A DNA stretch of 63,996 nucleotides, filler included, from Sphacelaria rigidula (taxonomy: Eukaryota), in NCBI GenBank assembly GCA_964200075.2. It is 4 parts of 4 records of this genome, joined end to end, with 100 filler letters (N's around TTAATTAATTAA, not from the genome) between each part and the next. Parts side by side here need not be neighbours in the genome. Positions count along the whole stretch, not along the records: positions 1 to 15,959 come from CAXNAA020001540.1; positions 16,060 to 32,017 come from CAXNAA020001541.1; 2 more parts are not named here. The stretch is one strand, 5' to 3'. This document shows, in pieces, positions 12,720 through 25,900 of the stretch (position 1 is its first letter; the number at the start of each line of letters is the position of its first letter). The notes beneath the pieces are model-generated. The model worked only from the letters and a program-made list of their open reading frames with translations. It did not search any database and was not told where the DNA came from. Made by a program: the position numbers and the translations under genes.

Positions 12720-14340
12720 ATAAAAACACTTCACCACGAGGTCAACGTGACATACAAACTGAGCCGGCCAAGACGCGAATTTGTGGTTTGTACACCCCGT
12801 CTCACCTCAATTTTGGGAGCTGGACTTTCAAATTATTTCGCATGGCGAATGAATAGGGCATAATAAAAAAAAAGTCGATCAGGACGACAAGTTTGAGTTT
12901 TTTTTTCATGGGTTTAGGCTACTTCTTATGTATCGAAAAACACGTTGTCAGAAAAGCCCTTTTTCAGCAACACGTTTTCCAACAGAATTTTTCAAACTAG
13001 CCCTTCTTACGTGATCGACGCACTATCAACATCGAAAACGCAGCGTCCATCGTTTTCCATGAGGTGTGCAGGCATGATTTCAAATTCTGGGGCGCGCGAA
13101 AGAGACGCATTACTCTGCTGTCCTGTCGTGGTGTACGGTCCGTACTGACTGGCTGTACTACTGTGATACATTGGCTGAGCAATACACGGTGGGCTGAATG
13201 ACGCAAGACCATCAATAAGAACATCGCCTTGCTGTACCAACTGACTGTAAAAGTGACCGTTGTGTTTTTTCACTTCACGGTAGTACTTGACTGAAACGAC
13301 AGCACGGACAACGGTACACAGAACAACAGTGCTGTATTGCATGCATCGGCTGTATTACTACAACAGACAGTAGCACTGTTCATAGTCTTGTGTGTACTGT
13401 CAGTACGGTCCTGTATCTACAAGGCTTGGGAGCGTAGGCAGTCTGTACTGCAAAGCGACGTCTGTTCGCAACAAGCTGCATGCACAGACCTTAACTGAGC
13501 TGCAAGTTCGCTGAAATGTACAGTACAGACACTGCTGTTCTGTTGTATGGGTTGGATCTACCACAACAGTAGTACTACTACAAATCTCATAGTCTCGGGT
13601 GTACTGTCAGTCCGGTCCTGTCTCTACAAGGCTTAGGTGGGTGGGCAGTCTGTAAAGCATTGAAGCATTGCGACGGCTGTTGTTGACAACACGCTGCGTG
13701 CACAGACATGAACTAAGCTACAATACTGTTCGGACGACACACAGCATAGACTGTCGTGTCTGTACAGCAGTCGCCATCGACCCTGCCATCTGCTGTTCTC
13801 ATGGGGTAAACGGTCACCACGCTACTAGCGAGCGAAGGACAATGATGCAGTACGCTGAATGCCCGCGAGCACCAAGGATAGCAGTAGTAGTGGTGATGGC
13901 AGCCAAGCTGTCACAGGTGCTCTCGTGGGCTGTAATGTGTGTTCAAAAGCTTTTTCAATAACGTGTTTCGATAGCCCGAGGTTATCGGAAAATCCTGATT
14001 TTCTGATAACTTCGGGCAATCGGAAAATGTCATCAGAAAATTTCCTGTCAGAAAGTGCGTTTTCTGATCACATAATAAGTGGGGTTTTGGTCATTTATCA
14101 GAAAACACGTTTTCTGATAGAGTTTTTTCGATACATATGTAGCCTTAATGGCAATAATCAGTACCAGAAAAAAAGGAAAATACCATTAACTCACAAAAAA
14201 TATACATCATCGTCCCGATCGATTTTTGTTTATTTCGTCTTATTATCCATTCCCCGTACCAAAGATGGCAGTTCAACTCTCAAAATTGATGTCAGACGGG
14301 GGCGATTCAGGAGCCGGGTCGTGCGAAGTTCGGATCGGTA
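12720..14340. mobile_element. Degenerate non-autonomous DNA transposon with long diverged inverted repeats
   Basis: 12790-12990 (CCCCGTCTCACCTCAATTTTGGGAGCTG...TATGTATCGAAAAA) is inverted relative to 14100-14302 (TTTTTCGATACATA...CAACTCTCAAAATTGATGTCAGACGGGG). Internal ~200-bp tandem duplication at 13370-13500 and 13575-13720. Confidence 0.5.
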
Positions 14341-15959
14341 TTTTCCAGGTCACTTACCGACCCATGTTTTTGGTCCTTGTGTTTTGAAACTTTGTGGGGG
14401 ACGTCGGCAGGCCATATAATGAACCAAAAAAAGTGGTACGTTGATTTTTATCAAGTTTTTTCACTTGTTGAGGACGTTCTAGTATGGTCAAGATTACTTT
14501 TGGACAAGAACGTCCATACCTCTCTCGGGGAAAAAAATCAAAACTCTCACTTTTTTTTTTTTGCATGCCTTTGCGATTCTCCATGATGAGTTTCAAATCT
14601 CAATTCTTAAAATTGAGCTGAAAAACTGACACAAGGTCCGAGGGCGTTGTCCACTTTTCCATTAAACCCCCGCAAAAAAACGAAAACAACGAAAAATGTT
14701 GATTTTGAATTATTATGCACTAGCGATTCCCTGTACAAGATGTCATAGCACAACTCTCGAAAACTAGAACGCGATATCCAGATTTGGTGCGTGTATTCGG
14801 CGCACACTTTCGAGCGCATTGGCACCTTCCTCTTTATCTTAGATTAATACGATACGCGGATCACGGCCCAACTCGTCTGTGTCGATGAGATAAGTATTGC
14901 GTTGAGAGCTCAAGTCCGCGTCTAGACCGGCCCCACCTGCATAGATAACCTTACTGCACCGAAACGTGGTCGTACCGAACCGGAGAGCGCTAGTCTTTTT
15001 GTCTCGTATAATACGAGCTGGGCCTGCCTAATCAGAACGGATTTGAACTCTCACAGCCATATCCCATCGACGCAGACGAATTGGGCCGTGATCCGCACAT
15101 TTTTTCGAGCGTCTAAAATACTCAAAGGGCAGATGCCCATCCTTTCTACAGCCTACTGGGCACATGGTTTCTCGCTCATAAAAGGTCATGTCGCGTAAAT
15201 CCTCTGACCTACGGAGATTTCTCCACAACATGGTAAAATCTAAACGAATATCTGAATGATATCTACAGGGGATGATGAGCATAAGAGTGAAATTCCCTGG
15301 AGAACGGGGAAATGATCTCTACTCTCAGCACCTGATTCTCAAACTTTCTATTAACCCTTTTGGGACCGTCCCCCCACTAACAAAGGGTTGACCCTGTGTT
15401 CGTGAAATAATAATAAACAAGTCTTCGAACTACCTGCCCAATCACGGCGAGGCGAAATTTATTGACTAGACCCGAACGACCGGTGCTGGGGTTGTTGGCG
15501 AGTATGATGCCACTGTAAAGATCGTGTGGGGACCCTATCCCTGGCCCAGATAAGCCTTCGCATGTTTCCAAATGCAGGGCGATCCGAGCTTGGTATATGA
15601 TGTGACTTGCACTCAGTATAGCTTTCCCGACTTTTCCGGTGTTTTTTTGGGGTCTCAATTCCCTACTAAAACGTAGTAATTACACTAACAAATGGTCGAC
15701 CGGAAAACCAGGTGGGCTTTCGAAACACAAAAGGATCTACTGTCATGAGTTCTGCTTATCCCTCTGGTGATGACCTGCAGGGTGCAGTCAACATGTATGT
15801 AGTGGGCGGGGATGAAGAAGCGGCATAGAGGCAGTTGATCTCGGTAGCTGAGAATTGCCCGGAACGTGCAAGGGAGTAAGCAGCGGCAAACAGCCGATCA
15901 TCTATGTTGAGTATGGTGCTTTTCATTGAGGATGAGAACCCGGAGGATTAAAATCTTCG

Positions 15960-16059
15960 NNNNNNNNNNNNNNNNNNNNNNNNNNNNNNNNNNNNNNNNN
16001 NNNTTAATTAATTAANNNNNNNNNNNNNNNNNNNNNNNNNNNNNNNNNNNNNNNNNNNN
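15960..16059. other. Artificial contig-joining spacer
   Basis: 44 N + TTAATTAATTAA (stop codons in all six frames) + 44 N. Confidence 0.97.
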
Positions 16060-16074
16060 GGAAGAAATGCCCCA

Positions 16075-16700
16075 AAATACCCCCCCCCTGCCAACTGGTA
16101 AATGGTCAAATGACTAAGGCAAGCAACAAATGAGTACCCCCCCCCCCCCCTGCATGATCATGAGTACACCCTATGGTCGCACCAAACCATATCTGCATGG
16201 CTCCATGAGCGCGGTGAAAGAATTGAAACTGCGATTCCGGGTGGGGGACCTTGACCTGCCAGAAAGAAGAAAGAGATTTACCAAGTCGTGTGGAGGAAAA
16301 AGTAGATGCACAGAACTGCCCCTGTGGCAAATCAATAGAGAGCGAAAGTCATATAGTGGCAGAATGTAAACTATACAAGGAGGAATGGGACGTGCTAGAG
16401 GGGGAAATGCGGAACGTGAACGAAGGTGGCATGAAATCGTTTGATGCATGAGAGAGTAGGGAGAAAACGATGGTTATACTAGGAGATAGATGGTGGCCAC
16501 GGACGGCGAAAACAGGGCGGGGATAAGATATCTGAAAGTTTTTTTGTGCAATATATGGAATAAACGTGATGATCGCCGGAATGTTGGAGGTGTCCCTAAT
16601 AGGAGTAAGAACGGTGCTCTGTCTCGAAAGGGATGCGTAGTCAATGTTCAAACGACTACGGCAAGCAACAAATGAGTACGCCCTCTCTCCCCCCCTCTCC
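16075..16700 (+). mobile_element. Non-LTR retrotransposon (LINE) 3' end, degenerate ORF2 C-terminus with Cys/His knuckle
   Basis: LKLRFRVGDLDLPERRKR...CPCGKSIESESHIVAECKLYKEE (CxC...H...C knuckle) with a frameshift. The 3' end AAGCAACAAATGAGTAC(C)n occurs twice (~16120 and ~16663). Confidence 0.7.
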
Positions 16701-16851
16701 TATTGTAGCACGACTCCCAATCTCGCGCTGACCCTAACCAACACATACTTTTGCAGTGCGTCTGAAATTGAACTGGTATGCAATCTCCTTCCGTCCTATT
16801 CGGTTGCATCCTGCATACATGGTACCATTTGTGTGCGAAACGTACTCGCAG

Positions 16852-16984
16852 CTACTTAGAACTGATCATGGCGTTCAAGACGTCCCTCGCCGTCAAGCGT
16901 GATGAGATCTTGGCCGCAAAGGGAAGATATGAAGTCGGCCTGGAGAAGCTCGCCTTCGCAACGGAGAGCGTCAACGCAATGCAG
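16852..16984 (+). CDS. Dynein heavy chain exon ([10 protein letters not shown]...[19 protein letters not shown])
   Basis: CGCAG acceptor, CAG|GTAAGG donor, conserved DHC motif. Confidence 0.92.
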
Positions 16985-19900
16985 GTAAGGTACCGCGCAC
17001 CCGGCGGATACAACGACCGAAAAGAGCCACGCATAGCAAGAGGAATCAAGCCGCTGTCTATGCCCGCTCTGGTTTACGACTCGCGGACCCTACCGGGGAA
17101 ACGCTGTGTCATTCAAGCTTTCTTGTTATTGTACACGAATTGCAGTAGTACATCAGTGGTCATTTCAGCTAAAGAATTCACGTCCTATCTGCAGTAGTCG
17201 GTTTGACAGTATCTGTGCTCTATCGGCATGTCGATGCGTGGGCAACGATCTCATATCGATTGCTCGTGACACATTGAGCACTAGCGTGGGATCGGCAAAA
17301 TAAATCACGCACTTTAGACTAAGAAGAAATATTAACCTTGTTCTAAGGGTTATCCCCCGGTGCATCTACTACTGCCGGCCCGCTTTACTTATATTTATGT
17401 GGAGTATTCAATCCACCATGTACTCGCCTAGAGAAAATATTGTTAACATATTAACGCTCCTGACGTTTTGACACTGTTACATTGTGTAACATCTGTCCCG
17501 GGCAATACAGGATAGTTGGAGACACCATAGCGTTTCTTGGTCGAGCCACCCACAAGACTCCGAGATGCCCATCCGTTAGTTGCTCCCTGTGCAACATCAA
17601 TTTGGGGTTGATGTTAACGCGTGTTGATCCTGCCTCCGTCAGCTGTCCATATCCGCACTATGTTCAGTTTTTACTACAGTAGTGTTTATCGTTTTTTCCC
17701 GTTCATGTCCTCCCGAAAACCGCAGGAAGAGTTAGAGGCGCTAAAGCCCGTCCTGGCGCAGTCACAGCAAGACACGTTAATCCTCATGGAGGAGATACAG
17801 GATAAACTACCGGGCGTCGAACTGAAACGGACAGAAGTGGCGGGGGACGCCGCGATTGCGGAAGCTGAGGCGGCGGAGTGCCTGAAGGGGAAGCAGTCAG
17901 TGGAGGAAGACCTGTCTGTGGCGATGCCTGCGTTGAACGCTGCCATCAAGGTGCACCTATGTTTGCAATAGTGGTTGGTACTGGCGCAATGTACTCAATG
18001 TTTCCCGACGGTTGTATCATATCTTGCGTCGTTTGTTTTTCACAGTTTGACGAAAAATCAAATCTATGGGCACCTTGCGCGTCGTCTTGTCGAGCACGTT
18101 GATGGGTACGCGCACCATAGAGCTGGGCTCAACTTTCGACACTGAAATATACGGATTGCGTCGTACCAGAGAAAAACTTTCCGCATGATCGCTGATGAAC
18201 CCCGCCTCGCTGCCTCAACCCTGCCTAACCACAGCATATGTACAACGGAGTAGACCGCCACGGGGTGTAGTTATTTCTGTCCTTGGTGTTATGCAGAGCA
18301 AGAGCCCTGCAACATGAGAACGTTGTTTCCCAACAACGCAAGCGATGATGTCGATAGCAAGAAACGTGTTGCTGGATAAAGCCGACGTAGGAATATGGGC
18401 TTTACTGCTGTAGTCTCCTTTCCTGTTTCCCCCCCCTTTTCCCCCATATTTCTCGCTATACATGTGTTCTTCCCTCCCGGTGTATGGCGGAGCAGTGTGC
18501 TATCTCCCTTCTTGTCTGGCATTTTGTCAGTATGAGTGTGGTTTTGCGGAGGACCTTGTACGCCGAAGCCATGTGGCAGAGACCGGCGATTTATTTATTT
18601 ATTTGCTTTTTATTTTCTTCCCTTTTTATTTATTTATTTTTTTATCCGGAGCAAGTGTTACACTTTTGTTTGTCTTGGATACGTCTATCATGTGCCCATG
18701 GCTGAATCCCTGGGGGGGCGGTTCAAGTGCGACAATCAATTAGTCAACCAATCAAATCAAGGAACAAGCTGGATCACCGGGGGGGGGTGTTGTTCTCGCT
18801 AGAAGCGGAGGTACTTGCGATGTGCAAGCGATTCCGAAAAACCTGAAAACAATGAGAACTAACACGTCCGACCTCAGTGCACTATCGTGCGAGGAAACGC
18901 GCGCACTATCCCTTGTTTGTATCGTCCCGCAGTCCTCTTCGTTCACAGTAGCTTATATAATATACCCGCGCACCTCTTGGCCCTTGCGATGCTTAGTCTA
19001 CTCAATACGCATCTGGAGAGCGAACTCGCCCCAAGCGTATTTTTCTGTGTGTTTTCTCACCCATCGCTGTAAATAGCGCTCGGCTCCCAAGCCGTCTCGC
19101 TCTGTGGAGTCACCTTCGGCAGCCGTACTTGTACACGTTGGATAAGATTGTACCGTATTGGGATAGTATGAGCAGTCGCAGTTAAAAAGTAGAGCTGTTT
19201 CCACGTTCAGCCCAGAGAAACATCATTCTCGCTTACACAACAGATCTCAACTTCATGCCCACCCGTGTTCGACGTTTCGGATCGAGTGGCACATCCAGAC
19301 GAGCGGTATCCAGGGACGGCTGTGGGCGCATCAAAACATTGTTCCACGTGGCACCAACATCCGAAATCGAGTTGTGCCCGGGAAAAAAGCCCTTACGTAG
19401 ATTCGTAAACGCACAGTAGCCCATGCCATGTGTGCTCCCATTGTAGGGTACTTTCGAACGCCCCCCCATCTTCCAATTGCACTAACCATCCACCTCAACA
19501 GGCGCTGGACACCATCAAACAATCGGAGACCAACGAGGTGAAAATTCTGGCGAAGCCTCCGATGGGGGTGAAGGTTGTGTGTGAAGCCGTCTGTGTGATG
19601 TTGGGCATCAAGCCAGTCAGAGTGCCCGATCCCGAGGATCCTTCGAAGCGGATCATGGACTTCTGGGGTCCGAGCCAGAAAATGCTTGGCGATCCCGAGT
19701 TCATTATCCAGCTCAAGGGGTGAGTGAGCAGCGGCACGATACGTGTACGGTTGTCAACATTAGTGACTTAGTCGCTGGTGCTCGTGGTATCCGAAAACGA
19801 GTGATGAGTGGTGGTCGTGTACGATTTTTACCACACAATCTGTTGAAGGCATTCACGTAGCATCAGCGAGTGTAACATCGGGCAGGTCATTGTCAGGTGT

Positions 19901-22900
19901 GCAGAGTAGTGTAAGGCACGGTACAACAGGGCGAAACGAATGAGTGCAAGCCCCTATTCGGCTACCCAGTGAGCGCCGGAGAGTATTGCGTAACTTATCG
20001 GGAGTGGGTGGATGGTACAAGACGGTATCAGCAAACCGCAGAGCATTGCCACGCCCTTTGGTGCACAGAGGTGCCGCAACAGCGCTCAACCTACATATAG
20101 ATATATAGATATATAGATATATGTGTGTGTGTGAAGAATCAAGATTGAAGGCAATCCTGGGTGGATCGTAGTTCACGAAGGATACGCTTGACAACACGGT
20201 CTACGTACACAACGATCTTCAGGAGTTGAATTTCTGATTTCCTAAGTTTGGTGGTCCATGCGAAGACGTGTATGTCAACGCAAGCATTCGTGACTTGGCT
20301 TAATTTTTGTGTGCAATGCCAGCGCTTCTCTACCACATGTTCTCACGTTCTTCGAAGGCATTCTGGATGATGACAAACGACGGCCTTCACTTGTGGCCAT
20401 TTCGGGAAAGTGTCATTCCCCAGCGGCAGACTGTAGGCACCCTACTTTTATGTGCGAGTCTCTCACCAATAACGGACACCACGAATGCTATATATTGTCA
20501 CGCTTACGCCTGCATATTAATATTTGAGTAGCTGAAATCCTGTCGGTATGTTTTCACATGTCCCATGATACCGTCGCGATTCGCTAGATACGACAAAGAC
20601 AATATTCCTGCCAAGACTATGGCGGAGATCCGCAAGAAGTACGTTACGGATCCGAGGTTCACTCCGGAAGCTGCCGAGAAGGCATCGAAGGCCGCGGCAG
20701 GACTATGCAAGTGGGTCTATGCAATGGAGACTTACGACAGGGTGGCGAAGGTGATTGTGATGACCAGAAAAGTAGTCTGGTAGTATAGAAACCATCAGCT
20801 ACCAAGTAGAGTACTCTGCGACATTGCCGATTTTGCTTGCTACTATGTGCGACTAGTCGTGTGGGGATCGGGGTGGCTTCTCACCAGCTCATTTTGAAAC
20901 GGACTGGATTCAATGGGTCCCACATGTACCCACGGGTGACTGAGAACGATCTCGCGATAGGTAATTCCCTACGATGCATGCACGATGTCTGAGCAGTGGC
21001 CGCTTGGAAGCAGAGTTTTTCCTAGGTTGTATTTCAGATCCGTGTAGCTGTTGACCTTAATGCCGTTCGCTCGAGCATCCTACGGTCGTGAGTGCATACT
21101 CCAATCTAGGGCACAGCTTGCTTCAAGCGAGCTAATAGTAGATACACCATTGGGATCACTGTATGACTAGAGCTCATGTCGAAAAAACAGCAGAACTCGG
21201 TAGTTCGGGACAACACTACTAATGTATCGTAGGTAACACCGTGGAGGGATCAATAAGATGAAAGCATGTTCTCCCACGAGACGCAAGAAAGTGCAGTACC
21301 GTTCAGTCAACATCTGATGGCGTCAAAGGTGCGGTTAGTTGTCTATCGTCGGTGGTGCGGTACAGGAGATATCACCCAAGTTTCGATATCGCGTATCACT
21401 CGCGGGGTTTTCAATAGTCCTCGCTGTGTCTCCGTCGGCGTGCGCAATCGCCACTCTAGTATCTGTGTCAATGTCGCTTTCACCGTTCACTATTTCCGTG
21501 TGAGTTTTGCATTCAGTGGAACGATTGCTGTTTTCGAGACCAGAGCAACGTGGATCGTGCACGAATCGCGAGTTTGTGTAGTTACATGCCTACCGAATAC
21601 CTACCTAGCTCAGATCATGGATGAAGATTCGCGTCCAGACTTGATTACGTTCAATGCTCGGCAAGTCCTGTAAAACCGCAAAAGCAGCCTGCACGAACGA
21701 TCATGAGACCACAGCTGGACCCCTGGGGGGTCAGTTAAAGTGCGACAATGAATCATCAATCAATCACGACCCGGGGAACAGACTTTACGTTAAGCTAGAA
21801 GGGTAGCTGGAATCCATAATGTCAGTTACTACTGAATACCATGACGATATGTACAATATATTAACATCAGCGTCTGTCATGCTTTTTATTACACACATTT
21901 CTTCCATGAACTGATTTTTATCCCTGGTCTCACGCTGCATCTACATGATGCAGGAGGTGCCTTGTACTGTGAAGGCTAGCAGACGAGCTGAGACGTCGCC
22001 AGTGCATCGGTGGCGCGCCTGTGCCGCTGTTTGAATAATTTTATCGGAGTAACGTTCCACGCTTGACGATTCGTCAATACGTGTGCACTTGTTCCTACCA
22101 ACCGTATATTTGTGGGTTATTGCGCGGGAAAACATAGCGCCAAATGAAGGTACGAGAAGAATATATGGCGATCATAATTCGACCAGACATAACCCTTGAT
22201 GTTGTCACCGCCAGACTGCACTGCCTCTCTGTTCGCTTATTCTACTTCTCGTTAGACGTGCAAAAACACCACCTTCTCGTTCTATGCAAAAATGCATTTT
22301 TCAACGATTAACCAGGTTGTCGGGCCGAAGAAAGAGGCGTTAAAGCTAGCAGAAGAAGAGCTCGAAGTCACGATGGCAGCTCTGAGAGCAAAGCAGGCCG
22401 AGCTACAGGCCGTAGAGGACGGACTAGCGGCCCTCCAGGAGCAGTATGATGATGCCCTGCGGAAAAAGGGTGACTTGGAAGCCTCCGTCGAGAATACGAA
22501 CAAGAAACTTGAACGTGCTACCACGGTAATAACCCCATCACCCACCGTGCTCTAACCCTCCGCCCGTGACGTTAGCGAACGACTTAGGCGCCCCACCACA
22601 CGCACGATGCATAGCTCAGAGTTCTGCTGGGATCTCTAGAAGGGTAGCCCCGCTGCCAAAGTCGGTCACATTAATCGTTCGCAGACCGCGCCGGCGGGTG
22701 GATGTGGGCACCCAAGTTGTTGACTAATGCCGAGATAGCCCCCCCACAAGAAGTGCACCGCCGCCGTCCAACAAACCGGCTTCGATCCTACTATTGGGCT
22801 CGTTTTCAGCAATTACGCTCAGATGAAAGGCGTGTAGCAGTCCGAAATCAGCTAAAACGCCCAAATGAATCGCGTCGTGCAGCACGAAACCAGCTCTAAC

Positions 22901-25900
22901 GGCGTTTATCACCATCGCCTCCGTGCACGTTTTTAGCCGGTTCGCGGGGGGGGCTATCTCGGCAGCAGTCTGTTGTCTGTAGCAATTGCAACGCTAGTAC
23001 CGACGTAAGGCATGCAATTAGACCAAGCTTTCTCTGGCATTCGCCTTTGGTGACAAACGCTTCGCCGCCAGCATCAGCGTAGTCGCCGACCTGATCACAC
23101 TTGGAGAAATCATCCTACCCGATGTACTTGTCAGCGGAGCTTACGGTAGCTTGGTGGGTGCCTCATCCTGAGCACCTCCGCCAAGCTCACTGGCAGCCAT
23201 TCCCAGATCAATCTTAGAATTCTCTCCCCTTTCGTACTACGGGAAACCAACACTTTGTGGGCATAGCACCACTCAAGAAGCGCAAAGTTGTTTGTACCCC
23301 ATCCCTCTAGCTACCATCACGCTAGATAACATGGGTACATGCTACTCTGGACACATGGCCGGTCGCCCCGGTGGCTCAGTTGGTAGCCTTGAAAACCCTC
23401 TGACGCTTGGGTCGTGGGTTCGAATTTCGGAGCGATCTGGATTTTTTCTCACAAAATGCCCAACAGTACAGTGGAGAGCGACTATGTCGTGGGTACAATA
23501 CATTCGACTTAATGGTCGACGAGGGAAAGGGACTGCTGAACCCCTCTTGCGATATAAGATAAAGGCAAGCACCGCAGAAGGAAGGCGGAGAACGAAAATA
23601 AACAAGAAAGAAAAAAACTTCTGTGTTGTCCTTCCTCCTGTGTGACCCCGGCTGATGCCCCCGCATATACCGAAAGGCGTAGACCGGCGACCAGAATAGA
23701 TGGGACGACAACACATGGAAAGAGCACGGTGCTGTTGGTTTCTTGCTGAATATTCAACCAGCCTCGCCGGTTCTTTATCATGGAAAACATAACCACTGTG
23801 CGCATTTCCGTCTGAGATTTCCATCCCACCCCCCTCACCCACCCTAAACGGCTTCATGTAGACAGCCATTTCGATGCATTTTTCAGCCAATAGCTCTCTC
23901 ACCCGTACCCTCGCATCATCTAATCTACACATCTTTCCTGCAAGCTTACCATCTCTAATTGTATCTGCTGTGCTCCCCTATCAAATATAATAGTTAATAG
24001 AGGGTTTGGGAGGCGAGAAAGCAAGATGGATGGACTCTGCAGACCGCCTGGGCGTGAAGTATATCAATCTGACGGGGGACGTTTTAGTCTCCGCCGGTGT
24101 AATGGCCTACCTTGGCCCCTTCACGGCTACCTTTAGGAGCGGACAATTGGATTCATGGGTGACCCTTTGCAAGGACAGGGACATTCCTTGCTCCACTAGC
24201 CCCACCCTCTCTGGTGAGATGAACGCCGTGGCTAGAGACGCCTCCGCACTGATTTCATACGGGAGTTTCTCCTTCCCGCAACATCCCAAGCGTTCGCAGA
24301 CTGTCGTCTTGTTTCCGGCAATAAGAAGCTCAACCTTTTCCTGAATATTCGTTTTTTCCAAGACGATCTCACACTTCGTGCCCACAATAAGTGAGGTATA
24401 AGAAACCCCAGCAGCGTGCAATTGTTTTGTACGGAAGTCCATCTACATCAAGGTGCTCAGGTGTGTCTGCATGGGTGGGTGTTTTCGGTAGTGGTATTCT
24501 TCATGTACTGTGAGTGTATTTTGTTCTTGCAGCTGACAGTCATGGTATGAATAGGGTAATCTTTTCCATGGAGCGTCGTGTGCGCACGCCTCCGGTAAGA
24601 AGGCATCGTGCGATAAGAGAGGGGGGGATTATTGGGGCCGTTTCTCCCACGAAAGCAGCAACAGTTGGTCGAACGCGGTTGTTGCCTATCAACAGTTGGT
24701 CGAACACTCATGCATACTCCTTGACACCGTTTCCACCTAAAAACAGGCGTACCGCGAGTGTGTTAGGTCGTCTGACATACCCGTGAATCGTTTCTCGTGA
24801 AATCAATGCCTCCTCTCCCCGTATCATAGGATCAGGCTGTTAATGGGTTCCTCTCAGCTTTTCATCAAATCGTAGTTTTTTCCGTGACTTTGGTTGGACC
24901 ATGCCGTAGGTCAGCGTTCGTGCTCCACGCTTCTTGTCTTGCAGGCAGGAACCCCGGCATCTTGCGTATTCCGTGTGCCGAGAGAGGATTCAAAACCGTA
25001 CCGCGCATAGTTTACTTACGGCTCAAAACGAGCAGATTTATAAGTATCTTATGTGAACTCCATCACATTCGAATATGTAAGATATTCGGTTACCATATAC
25101 CTTCATCACGAGAATGTGTAAGCAGTAGTGTAGCACCATGCAGGTAGCATTCTGACTCGGCCAGAACTGTCTGGGAACCTGCAAGGGTTCTCTCCCCGGC
25201 GTATCACATGGTCATCCTCCGGTGGAATCAGAATTGCCGTTTCACCGACCCCTATCCCCTCCCGGCTTGACAAGGTACACTCGGCGATCCAGTCGTGGTT
25301 CGACAATGGAATATCGACGGGCTTCCGACCGACGGGTTCAGCATTGACAACGGGATTATCGTGTTCAACGCCCGGAGATGGCCTCTAATGATCGACCCTC
25401 AAGGACAAGCTAACAAGGCATGTAACAGGAACACATGCTAACGGAACGAGAGGGCGCGGGGTTTGGTCAATGGTATCCAATGCTTTGGCGTGTCGCAGTG
25501 AGGCACTTCACAACAGTGCTCTATTTCTTAGTTTTTTTATGGGTTCATGGGTTTATGCTACAGTAGCCTCTCAATACCCATTTTCGGGCCCTCTCATTAT
25601 CGTCCTTCATGATTTTCTCTGTCTCTCCAGTACTACATCTATGATCACACTTCCCGTTGCATTTTTCCTCTCCTTCATTTCCCTTCGTCTCCTCTTTCCC
25701 CACCTATTTTCCCTCGTTGGTTTTTTTTCTGTTCTGTTTCTTGTGCTTTCTGTTGGTTCACTCCGCTGGTTCTGTTTTCCCTTTTCCCTCTCTTTCCTCC
25801 TTCCCCTCTGCCTTTTAGTATGCTTCCCCTTTCTCGACTTTTCCTCAGCGAGTTGTACTGTTTGGTTCACCTTGGGTACCTCTATAGTGCGACTACGGCT

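Noticed and set aside
16004..16015. TTAATTAATTAA as a biological motif
   Set aside because: It is identical in all three N-gaps: an assembly linker with stops in six frames.
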